Of a stretch of DNA of 64,000 bases, positions 17,666 to 27,624 are shown piece by piece. This stretch comes from Patescibacteria group bacterium (GTDB lineage Bacteria; Patescibacteriota; Microgenomatia; UBA8517), in the NCBI GenBank assembly GCA_018823885.1, contig JAHJHG010000006.1:10752-74751 (forward strand), read 5' to 3'. A program made the translations under genes and the position numbers. The notes below the pieces were generated by a model. The model was not told the DNA's origin and searched no databases. It worked only from the letters and a program-made list of their open reading frames with translations. Each line of letters opens with the position of its first letter. The stretch's first letter is position 1.

Positions 17666-20443
17666 TTAATACTCAAGAGAAGAATACTCTTTTGAAACCC
17701 AGCCTAATGTTCCATCATTCAGCTCTATCTGGTACCAATCAGCTTTTTCGTCTATGAGAGCAAAAGATTCACCCGGTTCAACTTTGGCAATCTCTATTCC
17801 GCCGGGGGCCTTTCTCACTCTTAACCAGCCTGTAGGAGTATCTTCAATCATCACCGTGCCTCCAATGGGGTCAGTTAGGCTTTCAAACTCTTCCTCTCCT
17901 AACGAATCTTCTTCAAAAGGTACCCCTTCTACAACAAATTCTAAATAAACCCAGCCTTCTGTGTAATCGCCCTCTTTCTCGTTCACAAAGGCAATGTTCG
18001 CCCAATCTCCTTCCTCCCCTATCCTAACCACTTCTTGAGTTACCTTAAGGCGCATGATCACCGCAGAAGTTAATGACGGCTCTTCTCTGATGTTGACCGA
18101 AGAACCGACCGGTACTTCTACCATCACAATATCCTCTCCCCCAGTCGCATCTTCTTCAAGCTCTTCTTCCTCAAGGTCAATTACTTCAGCTTCCTCCTGC
18201 TCACCCAAAACAAACTCCGATTCGTCTATGGTTTCGGCCACTTGCTGAGAAACAATTTTGGCGGTGATCACCTTGCTGGTAATAAAAGCGGTCAGGGCGG
18301 CAATCCCGGCACCAAACAGAATGAATAAAACAGCCAGTCTAATGGCAACCTGCTTTCTAATACGTCTTCTGGCTTCACCATTTGTCTTCTTTGTCTTTGT
18401 TTTCATCTTCATGGGTTGTGTCTTCTTCTTATTGCTCTTGGCCATCTCCTTGTCTCTAAGAGTCTTCATGTAGACTGCCAGGAAAATAAATCCGCCGGCA
18501 ACGATAACAATCATTCCCCAAACGGCCAGTGTTTGGGTACTGCCGACAAAACCAAAGAGGGTGCCGATAGAACCTGCTTCAGTGACCAATTCTTGAAGTT
18601 TGTCCATCTTGGTGTTGACAGCATCAAGTTCGATTTCGGCCTCACGGTAAGCTCTAATCTTTTGTTCGGGAGTAATAGCCGTCTTCTGAAGTTCAATAAT
18701 TTTGTCTAAAGAAACATCAATATCGCTTTTAAGAGTCACTCCTTGAGCGAAGTAGGATGTCTTCTCAAGTGGTCTGGAAAGTTCTTCTGCTTGTTTGCGT
18801 AAACTTTCTACCTGTTCTTCCGTAATTACCCAAATATCGTTTACCTGAATTGATACCGTTTTTGTTTGTCCGGCTCCTAATGTAAACTCACCTTCTACGT
18901 AATATTGATCTTGCTCTGCATCATATTTAACTGTTAAATCATCATCTGTTGAAATAATATCTTCCTCTCTCACTTCGGGAGGCAAATAGTATTTTAACGG
19001 AACAGTTTGGCTAATTAAGCTGGAAGGGTTTGTTATTAATGACTTAAAAACAATGCTTCCCAATTCAAGCCAGGTGCTGGCAATGGTTGAGCCCGCCTTT
19101 TTGGCCAAAAATGTTTCGTTTGCTTGAATTAATCCCTTTAAGCTCAATAATTTGTTCTTGAGGATCTTTTCGTCCGAAGTATCTTTGTAAGTCGAAGCGC
19201 CTAAAACTTTTTCTATCCTCGGCAATCTGTTGATGGCAATTATCTTGTTGTATAAGGTATTGATTTTAGAAACTCGATCATTGGCTCTTGTTGAATTCCA
19301 TTTTGCCAATACATTATCAATATCACCTTTTCGAGTTTCAAAAATATCAGCTAAGTCTCTAACCTCTTTTATCTTCCCGAACAATGTCCTTTGGTTTGAA
19401 GAATCTGCAGCATCCCCAACCAATGTCTCAAGTCTATCGATATTACCTACCAGGCCTTTTATTTCATTGTAGGCAAAATTGGTTTTACCATAAGAACCAA
19501 GCCTGTATTGAGTGGCTGAAAGAACATTGCCAATGGCGATTGCCTGATTATAAACATCCTCGGTTGCTTTCCACCCCCAAGCTTCCTTTAGCCAATTTAT
19601 TTGTCCAAAAATGGTGTCTTTGTTGTCTGAATCCCCCTCATCTCCCAACATTGCCGAAAGCTCCATGACATTCGAAAGAAGCTCTCTTTCGCTTAGTTTT
19701 GACCACTTCGTAACCAATAAGCTTGCCTTACTTCTCAAATATTGATTGTTTACATAGAGTGTGTTGGCAACTGATTTTGTTTGCTCAAGCTTCTCCCCCA
19801 AATCAGGGGTTTCTTCTTCTTCAATGAAATTTTGAATGATTGGTTCGTTAACCAGCCGCTCAAGCAAAAGCCTGTTTTCATTAATTGTTGCTTCCATACT
19901 GGAAATATCTATTGCATCTTCGTCCCCTGCATTAAGACTGGTCAAGGATCGTGAGGCGTTTGACCATATATTAGAAATCAAATCACCAAAATTGGAAAGA
20001 GTTCTGCCTGAATATCCCCACACAGCCGATGAAATATCTCCGGTGGAGGGAGTAGTTGACGACGCTTTAACTTCGTAACTCTTGTCTAAACACAAATAAT
20101 CACCACTGGCCGTACAACAAACTTGAGCTCGATAAAGACCGGTAGTGGTTGGGGCTGTAAAAGTATGATAATACCAACCATCTGTAGCCTTGGACATTAC
20201 CTCTCCATTAAGATGAAGAGATCCATCGGGATAACGGCTAGTAATAGTACAATCAGCCGTAGTAATAGGAACATAAGAGTCATCATAAAGAAACTCTCCT
20301 ACTGTGCAACTACTGCTTACTGTGCAATCTTGAGGACTTCCTGCTGAGGCCAAAGTATTCCGGGGGAAAACAAGGGCCCCAGCAAGAGCAGAAACAGCAA
20401 TTGCCACAAACACTTGTTTTTGAACAGTTTGGGCAGTTACCAT
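17666..20443 (-). CDS. Large secreted/membrane-anchored protein: signal peptide, long alpha-helical ectodomain, 2 TM helices with a polybasic loop, acidic linker, two C-terminal bacterial SH3 (SH3b) domains
   Basis: The 925-aa ORF begins with a signal peptide (MVTAQTVQKQVFVAIAVSALAGALVFPRNTLASA). It has TM segments flanking KSNKKKTQPMKMKTKTKKTNGEARRRIRK, and an EEEELEED acidic stretch. The two C-terminal segments of about 60 aa carry GW...Y/W signatures typical of SH3_3. Confidence 0.55.
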   Translation of the reverse strand: MVTAQTVQKQVFVAIAVSALAGALVFPRNTLASAGSPQDCTVSSSCTVGEFLYDDSYVPITTADCTITSRYPDGSLHLNGEVMSKATDGWYYHTFTAPTTTGLYRAQVCCTASGDYLCLDKSYEVKASSTTPSTGDISSAVWGYSGRTLSNFGDLISNIWSNASRSLTSLNAGDEDAIDISSMEATINENRLLLERLVNEPIIQNFIEEEETPDLGEKLEQTKSVANTLYVNNQYLRSKASLLVTKWSKLSERELLSNVMELSAMLGDEGDSDNKDTIFGQINWLKEAWGWKATEDVYNQAIAIGNVLSATQYRLGSYGKTNFAYNEIKGLVGNIDRLETLVGDAADSSNQRTLFGKIKEVRDLADIFETRKGDIDNVLAKWNSTRANDRVSKINTLYNKIIAINRLPRIEKVLGASTYKDTSDEKILKNKLLSLKGLIQANETFLAKKAGSTIASTWLELGSIVFKSLITNPSSLISQTVPLKYYLPPEVREEDIISTDDDLTVKYDAEQDQYYVEGEFTLGAGQTKTVSIQVNDIWVITEEQVESLRKQAEELSRPLEKTSYFAQGVTLKSDIDVSLDKIIELQKTAITPEQKIRAYREAEIELDAVNTKMDKLQELVTEAGSIGTLFGFVGSTQTLAVWGMIVIVAGGFIFLAVYMKTLRDKEMAKSNKKKTQPMKMKTKTKKTNGEARRRIRKQVAIRLAVLFILFGAGIAALTAFITSKVITAKIVSQQVAETIDESEFVLGEQEEAEVIDLEEEELEEDATGGEDIVMVEVPVGSSVNIREEPSLTSAVIMRLKVTQEVVRIGEEGDWANIAFVNEKEGDYTEGWVYLEFVVEGVPFEEDSLGEEEFESLTDPIGGTVMIEDTPTGWLRVRKAPGGIEIAKVEPGESFALIDEKADWYQIELNDGTLGWVSKEYSSLEY

Positions 20444-20450
20444 ATTTTAC

Positions 20451-20597
20451 CTACACCTTCTCTTTCGCTACTCGCCGGAGTTCAGAGACAGACTCTCCTA
20501 CTCCCTTGGCAAGTTCTGGCAGCTTCTTGCCGCCAAAGAGAACAAAAAGCATCACAGCTATTACGCCTAGCTCTGTTGCTCCTATGTTATTTAACAT
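20451..20597 (-). CDS. tatA: TatA family protein (copy 8), immediately upstream of the 925-aa gene
   Basis: Manual translation of the minus strand gives MLNNIGATELGVIAVMLFVLFGGKKLPELAKGVGESVSELRRVAKEKV (48 aa). A GGGAGGTG RBS lies upstream, and the stop is 5 nt from the next ATG. The antisense ORF 20401..20664 shows the characteristic mirror sequence (SGSFLPPKR). Confidence 0.7.
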   Translation of the reverse strand: MLNNIGATELGVIAVMLFVLFGGKKLPELAKGVGESVSELRRVAKEKV

Positions 20598-20827
20598 GCA
20601 GTCAATCACCTCCCTTCTAATAAGTTGGCTGGGTTTCCAACAGGTAAAACCAAAGTGTATTTAGTTGGGCAGGATTTTCCGTGAAAACCCAGCTGTCTCC
20701 AGTATTGACTGTTATTTGATATATTGTCAAGGGGCATTTTCTATCCAATTTTTCTTATCATAATCTTATCATATTTTGTTATTCTAGCCTCAAATTTAGG
20801 AAATTATTCCAAGATTGACTCTGTGAT

Positions 20828-21805
20828 GTGATTATGATACATTCTTGTTACATGACAATTTTGGCTTACAATTTATCTTCGAACATAAAAGACAATTTGC
20901 AAAAAATTGAAGCCCTTCGACGCCAGATATTACTTCTTCCCATTCCTCCAAAAACAGAGCTCAGACTAAAATGGGAAGCCTCTCTTCAACGAACTTATTG
21001 GTCATTAATTTTGGCAGGTAATCCTCTCAGTAAAACCGATATGGTCAAGCTCCTTTCCACTCAGAGCAAGACAAGGCTAAACCCAGAACAGAAGGAAGTG
21101 GTCAATTACAAAAAGACCCTCGATTTCATAAGAGAGAACTGGCTTATCTCCTCAAAACCCGTAAGTCTCACTACCATAAAGAAACTTTACGATCTTGCCT
21201 GCAAACCTACACTTGGTACCAATACCCGGCTCAGCTCAAATTCAAAAAAACTTCAACCCTTCATTGATTATCTGCAGGCAGGTAAGGAAAGCCCTGTCAT
21301 TCAAGCTGGTATTGCCCAGATATCAACCATTAATGCCGATGCCTTTGGTGAAGGCAACGGCTCTATTGCCAGACTGGTCCCCTATTTGTATTTATATAAG
21401 CATGGATATGATTTCCGAGGGTTGTTGGTATTGGATGAATATTTAAGAAAAGATCTTTTTTCTCTAAAAGAAGCAATTGAAAGCGTTGGCAGAAATAAAC
21501 ACTTAACTCTTTGGCTGGAATATTTCACTAATGGAATTCTCACCCAACTCCAAAGTGCATACAAGATTGCTTCTTCTGCAAAATTCCAAACAGATCTCCC
21601 GGCCGCCTTTTGGAAATTAAATGACAGACAGGTAGACATTTTAAATTCTCTTGAGCAACCGGGGGCGAAAGCTACAAATAAGAAAGTTCAAGAGAAATAT
21701 AAGGTATCTCAAATTACAGCATCTAGGGATTTATCAAAGCTTGTTAAGTTAGGGCTTCTTTTCTCCCACGGTAAAGGTCGCTCCGCTCACTATACCAAAG
21801 TATAA
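20828..21805 (+). CDS. Fic/DOC-family protein with degenerate Fic motif and C-terminal winged-HTH
   Basis: The 325-aa ORF carries DAFGEGNGSIAR at the position of the canonical HPFx(D/E)GNGRxxR; the His and Arg are substituted. The C-terminus (VSQITASRDLSKLVKLGLLFSHGKGRSAHY) resembles the wHTH of the canonical Fic protein at 62815..63879. Confidence 0.55.
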   Translation: MIMIHSCYMTILAYNLSSNIKDNLQKIEALRRQILLLPIPPKTELRLKWEASLQRTYWSLILAGNPLSKTDMVKLLSTQSKTRLNPEQKEVVNYKKTLDFIRENWLISSKPVSLTTIKKLYDLACKPTLGTNTRLSSNSKKLQPFIDYLQAGKESPVIQAGIAQISTINADAFGEGNGSIARLVPYLYLYKHGYDFRGLLVLDEYLRKDLFSLKEAIESVGRNKHLTLWLEYFTNGILTQLQSAYKIASSAKFQTDLPAAFWKLNDRQVDILNSLEQPGAKATNKKVQEKYKVSQITASRDLSKLVKLGLLFSHGKGRSAHYTKV

Positions 21806-21833
21806 GGCAATGTATAAGAAGGTATCAGTTTAG

Positions 21834-21904
21834 TGGACCCGCCGAGAATCGAACTCGGGACTCACCCATGCGAAGGGTACGGTATACCACTTACCTACGG
21901 GCCC
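21834..21904 (-). tRNA. tRNA-Ala (anticodon CGC)
   Basis: The reverse complement folds as a cloverleaf with a GGGCCCG acceptor stem including the G3:U70 alanine identity pair. The anticodon loop is TTCGCAT and the T-loop is TTCGATT. Confidence 0.7.
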
Positions 21905-21941
21905 AAGAGATTAAATTATACCAAATCCATATCTTTCCGCT

Positions 21942-23069
21942 TTACTGAAGTACACTAAGAGGATTTAGATAGACACCGTTTCGGATAACCTCGAAATGAA
22001 GATGTATTCCCGTCGATCTACCGGTTGAACCCATTTTACCAATGGCTGTACCTCTGGCCACTGTTTGTCCGGGGACAACATAGACTTGTGATAAGTGAGC
22101 GTAAAGAGTTCTGTAACCATTGCCATGATCGATTATCACTCTGTTTCCATATCCATAACCATCAAGCCATCCGGCAGCAACAACCGTTCCCGAATCAGCC
22201 GCTAAGATACTGGGAGCGGCCCTATTAGCGATATCAATTCCTTTGTGGTACCAAACAAATCTCTGGGTGATCGAACCGCCTGCGGGCCAAACAAAGCTTC
22301 CTGAAGCCACTACCGTTCCAGCATCAGGTGTAATTTGCCTGATTCTTGGGGAAGTAGGAGCGGCGGCAGGAGGAATACCATCAGGAACCACGATTGTTTG
22401 GCCAATAGCTAATTCAAAAGTCTCATCATTGGTAAAGGAATTAAAAGGAAAATCAACAATTCCCTGAGGTGAAGTGTCATATTTTTTGGCAATCGAGTAA
22501 ACAGTATCGCCTTTGCTTACCTTGTGGGAAACGCCGACCACCGGTAAAACCTCTAATGTCTGTCCCGCTTTTATCGTATCTTTGCTGCCCAGATTATTCT
22601 GCCAACGAATTGTGTCCGCAGATATTCCGAATTTTTCAGCAATTGTACCTACTGTATCTCCTTCAAGAACTGTATATTCAATTGCTTTATCACGCATTTT
22701 CTCGGAAACCAAAGTGTTTGTGTAGGAATCTTCTGTCGCCGCAGAAAGAACGGTTGAAGTGGAAGGAATATCCCAAGGATCAACGCTTCTCCCGGGAAAC
22801 TCTTGGGCAATAATCGGGGCAATCATCATACCAACGGCCGCCAAACCGGCCATACCGGAATGCATAAGGCGCCTAGCCATCTTTCCTCTTTGCTTATAAA
22901 GAGCAGTAACAAAAACACCCTTTCCCTCTTCAAAGCGCAAGAAAGATAAATGCAAGTTCTTAATGATGTAAACAGTCAACTCTTTAAAAAAGAGTTTGAG
23001 GTCAAAAAAGAAGCTTAAAATTAAATCGTAGGTTTCTTCCATTTTTTGTCGGTAGAATGAAGATAACAC
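21942..23069 (-). CDS. LysM-domain M23 family metallopeptidase (cell-wall hydrolase)
   Basis: The 375-aa ORF has two LysM-like segments (LEGDTVGTIAEKFGIS..., GDTVYSIAKKYDTSPQGI). Its C-terminal M23 signature reads HKGIDIA...GNRVIIDHGNGYRTLYAHLS...STGIHLHFEV. Confidence 0.8.
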   Translation of the reverse strand: MLSSFYRQKMEETYDLILSFFFDLKLFFKELTVYIIKNLHLSFLRFEEGKGVFVTALYKQRGKMARRLMHSGMAGLAAVGMMIAPIIAQEFPGRSVDPWDIPSTSTVLSAATEDSYTNTLVSEKMRDKAIEYTVLEGDTVGTIAEKFGISADTIRWQNNLGSKDTIKAGQTLEVLPVVGVSHKVSKGDTVYSIAKKYDTSPQGIVDFPFNSFTNDETFELAIGQTIVVPDGIPPAAAPTSPRIRQITPDAGTVVASGSFVWPAGGSITQRFVWYHKGIDIANRAAPSILAADSGTVVAAGWLDGYGYGNRVIIDHGNGYRTLYAHLSQVYVVPGQTVARGTAIGKMGSTGRSTGIHLHFEVIRNGVYLNPLSVLQ

Positions 23070-23118
23070 ATGGAAAAATGATGGTCAAATAAACTCGGGG
23101 AGCAAAAAAATTACCCAA

Positions 23119-24474
23119 CTACGATACCTTGAGGCTGTCAAGAAAATCTCTGTTGCTTTCCGACTTTTTTAGCCTCTCAAGAAGTGTTTCTGTTCTTTCC
23201 TCTTGGGAAACCATCTCCAACATTCGCCTAAGGGTGTGAATCAATTCCAAATCCTTCTTGCCATACAATAACTCTTCCTGTCTCGTACCAGACAGGGAGA
23301 CATCAATCGCCGGGAAAATTCTTTTGTCCGCAAGCTTTCTGACAAGATGAATTTCCATATTTCCGGTACCTTTGAATTCTTCATAAATCAGATCATCCAT
23401 TCTGGAGCCCGTCTCTACCAAACATGTCCCAAGGATGGTCAACGAACCTTTGTCTTCAATCCTCCTGGCAGCTCCAAAAAGTTTTTTGGCCGGGAAAAGA
23501 GCAACAGGGTCAAAACCTCCTGTTAGTGTTCTCCCTGATGTTGGCAAAGCCAGATTGTATGCACGAGCCATCCTGGTTATTGAATCAAGAACAACAACTA
23601 CATCTTTACCGTCTTCCACTAGTCGCCTTGCCCGTTCAAGAGCCAATTCCCCTACTCTTGTTTGTGCACCTGGAGATTCATCGAAATTGCTGGCAGCCAC
23701 TTCTCCTTTTCCACCAGTCACTTCCTCCATGTGACGAACAATGTCGGTTACTTCTTCCGGTCTTTCACCAATAAGGGCAGCCATCAAGTGGACATTTTTA
23801 CCTCCCTTGGCTTTACCTTCTTCAGGATAATTTTTAGCTATTCCCGAAAGAATATCCTTTAGAAGCCATGTTTTCCCAGCTTTTGGAGGAGACACAATCA
23901 ATCCTCTTTGACCAAACCCAATAGGAGCAATTAAATCCAAAACGCGGGTTGTCAGTATGTCTTTATCCGTACTAAGTATTATTTGTGCATCAGGATAGAC
24001 GGCGGTAAGGTCATCATAATTCGCCCTATCGATGACTTTATCAATCGGATTTCCATTAACTTCTTCCACTTTGAGAAGTCCCCAAAATCGCTCATTTTCT
24101 TTGGGACGTCGCGCTTGCCCGGTAATCAAATCCCCTACTCTCAAATTAAATCTCCTAATCTGAGAAGCGGAAATATAAATATCCTTCTCCGAAGCGGCAA
24201 ATTTTGGCCTTAGAAGTCCGGATCCTTCATTGGCAATATCCAATACTCCCTGAACATGTTCCGTGGGAAGACCTGAGTCCGGAATAGCCCTTCTATCGAC
24301 AATTAGATTTTTTGGTTCTTGTGTTTGAATATCGGTTTCTCCTTTTCCAAGAAAACCGGTCGGTTCAGATGATGTCAATGTTTTCTCTTCTTCCACAGAA
24401 TCAGCGACCTTCTTTACGTCTGAAGTTGTTGTACGAGTGGAACTAGAACTGATAGATTTTTTCGTTGCGGCCAT
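23119..24474 (-). CDS. rho: Transcription termination factor Rho
   Basis: The 451-aa ORF has an N-terminal RNA-binding region and a cold-shock-like segment (IRRFNLRVGDLITGQAR). It carries a Walker A motif (GLIVSPPKAGKT), and its RecA-like core matches the Rho architecture. Confidence 0.85.
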   Translation of the reverse strand: MAATKKSISSSSTRTTTSDVKKVADSVEEEKTLTSSEPTGFLGKGETDIQTQEPKNLIVDRRAIPDSGLPTEHVQGVLDIANEGSGLLRPKFAASEKDIYISASQIRRFNLRVGDLITGQARRPKENERFWGLLKVEEVNGNPIDKVIDRANYDDLTAVYPDAQIILSTDKDILTTRVLDLIAPIGFGQRGLIVSPPKAGKTWLLKDILSGIAKNYPEEGKAKGGKNVHLMAALIGERPEEVTDIVRHMEEVTGGKGEVAASNFDESPGAQTRVGELALERARRLVEDGKDVVVVLDSITRMARAYNLALPTSGRTLTGGFDPVALFPAKKLFGAARRIEDKGSLTILGTCLVETGSRMDDLIYEEFKGTGNMEIHLVRKLADKRIFPAIDVSLSGTRQEELLYGKKDLELIHTLRRMLEMVSQEERTETLLERLKKSESNRDFLDSLKVS

Positions 24475-24561
24475 TAAAATAAAACTCTACATTGTAAGAA
24501 AATCCGGAAGTGCCTGTCGGCTTTCGAGCTTGATTTGATCCTAATGATCCTTAAGCTAGCG

Positions 24562-27513
24562 TTATTTTAACTTTAGGCTCTTACCTTTGTCAACTGCCAA
24601 GTCTGATTTTCCCTTTTTGTTATATAACCAGATTAAACCAATTACTGAGATGGCAATACCAAAATACTCAAGATATTGCGGCCAAAAAACAAAAATTAGT
24701 CTTTGATTGCCTTCTGTTGCAAACCATCCATTGGCCCAGGAATTTACTTTTACGTGTTTTAAATAATCTCCGGAAAACCAAGGAAATACCTTATTGAAAA
24801 CATTGATATCGTCTTCCTCAAACCCAAAACCTAACCACCCCGACTCATATCCCTGACCCAAGACAATAAGTCCTTCCTTTGAGTTTGTTTTTAGGTTGTA
24901 ATAGCCGGTTCCAACCTTCTGGCTCTCAAGAATTTCTATATCATTTCCGACGTTACTATAGCTATCTGGTACAAGCTTTATGCTTTGCAATACCGATATA
25001 GGAACGGGAATGAGTTCAATTCTCTCTAAAATGTTCTCTGAAGAGACACGACCATAAGAGCGGGTTTCCAGATTAAGTGTATAACCCGAACCGTCAATGT
25101 CCTTCGGTAGAATAACAAAGGTTTCATTAAACTTGCCCTCGGGAAGTAGTTCTTCCAAATCCATCCTTTTTGTTTTTGTGTTTTGCAGATAGAACTTGAG
25201 ACTTCTTCCTTCTGTGTTTTCTCCGCTAATTCGCAATACATATCCTTGGGAATAGGAAAGGCCAGGATAACTGAAAAAGTCGCAACTTACTCCCCCATCA
25301 AAGGCTTTATAGGTAATTTTATCTCCATCATTTTCTTTCGAAACAGAACCTATCTTCTTCAAATCACAGTTATAGCCTGCATCAAACCCCCTCCTTAAGG
25401 AAAAATCTTCTTCAATTTTTTCGTCTATCGCCACACTTGTCTTCACTCGTTTCTCATTGTTAAGTTCTATCTTGACAGCACCGCTATTATCTGAGATTAC
25501 TAATTTCTTTGTACCGGAGAAATCTAGGGGCAAACTATAGAAAACAACATTATCTTCCTCAATTTCAACATCGATTCCAGCTCTTCTATCAAAATTTGCA
25601 TACGGGTATGTTAATCCTTCTTTGTCCTCAACATACACACCGTTTTCAACATATATTGCGTTCTTCTCTGAATATTTCGTGTCACCGTCTACTAGAACAT
25701 AAGACTTTGGAGTACTGAGATAATTCTTGTTCTGTCCAAAATCAGTTTCGTAAATTGAAAGAAAACCAAATTCCTGAACAATCTTTGTGTGAGAAGATTC
25801 AGTAAGCATTCTCTTAATCTCGTTTATGCGGAGAATCTCTGCTAATCCCCCGGCATTTAAGATCGATTCATCCAGTAAAAGATAGTTTACTTGATATTTT
25901 CCCAAAGTATTCTCTAAGCCTTCTAAATCATCTGAATAGAGAGCAAAGGAGGCTTCATTGTAAAAACTTTCGTTATACGGACTCCAACGGTCAAATTCCC
26001 GGTCTAGTGTGGGTTGAGTCAAGCCAAACCAGGTAAAACCAGCCCCTTGGTAACCCCAAGAGTTAAACTGCCAACCCCAAAGAGAATGGAGCGGTAATTT
26101 GGCTATCCTAGCTGTTGGATCTTTCTTGTTAAACCATTCAAAAACCTCGAAATATTCATTAGGAATTTCAACTTTCATTGAGGGGCTGATTAAATATCCT
26201 TCAAAAGCAGGCAAGGAAAAGTAAATCAGTGATGCACAAATAATGAAGAAACAACTCACACTCAACTTGATCTTTTTAAGCTTTTCGAGAACAAATTGAG
26301 CAAAAAAGGAGAAGTAAGTAGCCAGTGTAAAAATTAAAAGGATTGAAATCTTGGTAAACGAAAATCTTAATCCCTCCTTGAAGAGAGCTAGATTATCTCT
26401 CAATAAATTAAAGAGTGATTCAAACGGAGGGTTTGCGTTAATCCAAAAGAAAACAGCAACTGCCAAAAGCGGCAGTAATGAAAAAGAATAGCCTGAACCA
26501 CCAAACATGGAAATAATTGAACCCGACACTGCTAACCCAAACAAAGTATATCCAACTATCTCAATACCAGGCTTATTGAGGTGGGTTTTCCATTCATCCA
26601 TCAAGTCAACGAACGTATTTTCGCCTGTATTAAACTCTCTCCAATTAAAAAGAAAGTTTTTCGACAGGGCCAAACTCTCTATATCTCCAAAGGATTTGCC
26701 TTGCAGAAACGCTTCGTCACTAAAAATACGGTGAATTCTTGAACTAGTTACTTCTTTCGAGTGGTTGACAATAAAATACAAATTTGGCAGAAGCCAAAAC
26801 GAATTCAGAAGCAGGGTAAGAAAAACAATGACTATTCCCCTCTTAAACACTCTTCTGCCTTTAATCAGTGAAAGTAAGGCAATATAAACAACCAACGCAC
26901 CTAGATAGACATAGAACAGAGTTGCCGTGTGTGCCATGCCGGCAGCAAACAGAGTTGCTAGGGAAAACCAAATGAGAAACTTTCCTTTTCCTTGCCTAAG
27001 ATACAAAACAGTTAACAAAAACAACCAAGGAAGAGCGGCAAAATGGATAGCAAACATTTCTAAGGGGACATAGAAATGCTGAAGAGTGGTCAAGTTTAGG
27101 ACATAAAAAAGAGCGGCTAAAAAAGCAGATGAACCGAGATAGTGACGCTTAGTAATAGCCAGTAAGTATTTTGAGAAATAATAAATACCTAAAGCGCCCA
27201 ACCCCAAACAGAGAAAGAAAAATACATATCTAACCGCCGAGAGAGGTAAAATCAAAGACAGCAAAAAAACAATTAAAAGTCTCGGAATTTCAGCAATATG
27301 AGCCTGAGAAGCAACCGCCCCAACTCCTTGATGCTCCTGCCAAACGCCAAAAAATGCGCGCTTAAGATAAAGGCCCAAATTGAATTCAGGATGAAGGGTG
27401 TCCCAGCCGGAAAGAATGGTTCCTGGAACATAATTTTTCCAAACCAAAACACCAGTAATCAAAATTAGAAGTACTGGGAATAGAAATTTTTGAAGATGTT
27501 TATTAAATTTCAT
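24562..27513 (-). CDS. Very large polytopic membrane protein with a big C-terminal extracytoplasmic domain (possible GT-C-type glycosyltransferase / YfhO-like)
   Basis: The 983-aa ORF has roughly 14 or more hydrophobic helices in its first 450 aa, followed by a soluble domain of about 500 aa. The family assignment is only an architectural guess. Confidence 0.45.
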   Translation of the reverse strand: MKFNKHLQKFLFPVLLILITGVLVWKNYVPGTILSGWDTLHPEFNLGLYLKRAFFGVWQEHQGVGAVASQAHIAEIPRLLIVFLLSLILPLSAVRYVFFFLCLGLGALGIYYFSKYLLAITKRHYLGSSAFLAALFYVLNLTTLQHFYVPLEMFAIHFAALPWLFLLTVLYLRQGKGKFLIWFSLATLFAAGMAHTATLFYVYLGALVVYIALLSLIKGRRVFKRGIVIVFLTLLLNSFWLLPNLYFIVNHSKEVTSSRIHRIFSDEAFLQGKSFGDIESLALSKNFLFNWREFNTGENTFVDLMDEWKTHLNKPGIEIVGYTLFGLAVSGSIISMFGGSGYSFSLLPLLAVAVFFWINANPPFESLFNLLRDNLALFKEGLRFSFTKISILLIFTLATYFSFFAQFVLEKLKKIKLSVSCFFIICASLIYFSLPAFEGYLISPSMKVEIPNEYFEVFEWFNKKDPTARIAKLPLHSLWGWQFNSWGYQGAGFTWFGLTQPTLDREFDRWSPYNESFYNEASFALYSDDLEGLENTLGKYQVNYLLLDESILNAGGLAEILRINEIKRMLTESSHTKIVQEFGFLSIYETDFGQNKNYLSTPKSYVLVDGDTKYSEKNAIYVENGVYVEDKEGLTYPYANFDRRAGIDVEIEEDNVVFYSLPLDFSGTKKLVISDNSGAVKIELNNEKRVKTSVAIDEKIEEDFSLRRGFDAGYNCDLKKIGSVSKENDGDKITYKAFDGGVSCDFFSYPGLSYSQGYVLRISGENTEGRSLKFYLQNTKTKRMDLEELLPEGKFNETFVILPKDIDGSGYTLNLETRSYGRVSSENILERIELIPVPISVLQSIKLVPDSYSNVGNDIEILESQKVGTGYYNLKTNSKEGLIVLGQGYESGWLGFGFEEDDINVFNKVFPWFSGDYLKHVKVNSWANGWFATEGNQRLIFVFWPQYLEYFGIAISVIGLIWLYNKKGKSDLAVDKGKSLKLK

Positions 27514-27624
27514 ACTCTCATCTTAACAAACAACTAAAATTAGTTATTTACTAAGGTGAAACGGCAGCGCTTTGAAATTCTCTATGGTAGAGAACCAAGG
27601 CGCTGCCAGATCGAAACATACAGA

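Noticed and set aside
20401-20664. Plus-strand ORF 20401..20664 (87 aa)
   Set aside because: It is the antisense shadow of the minus-strand tatA copy 8 (20451..20597).
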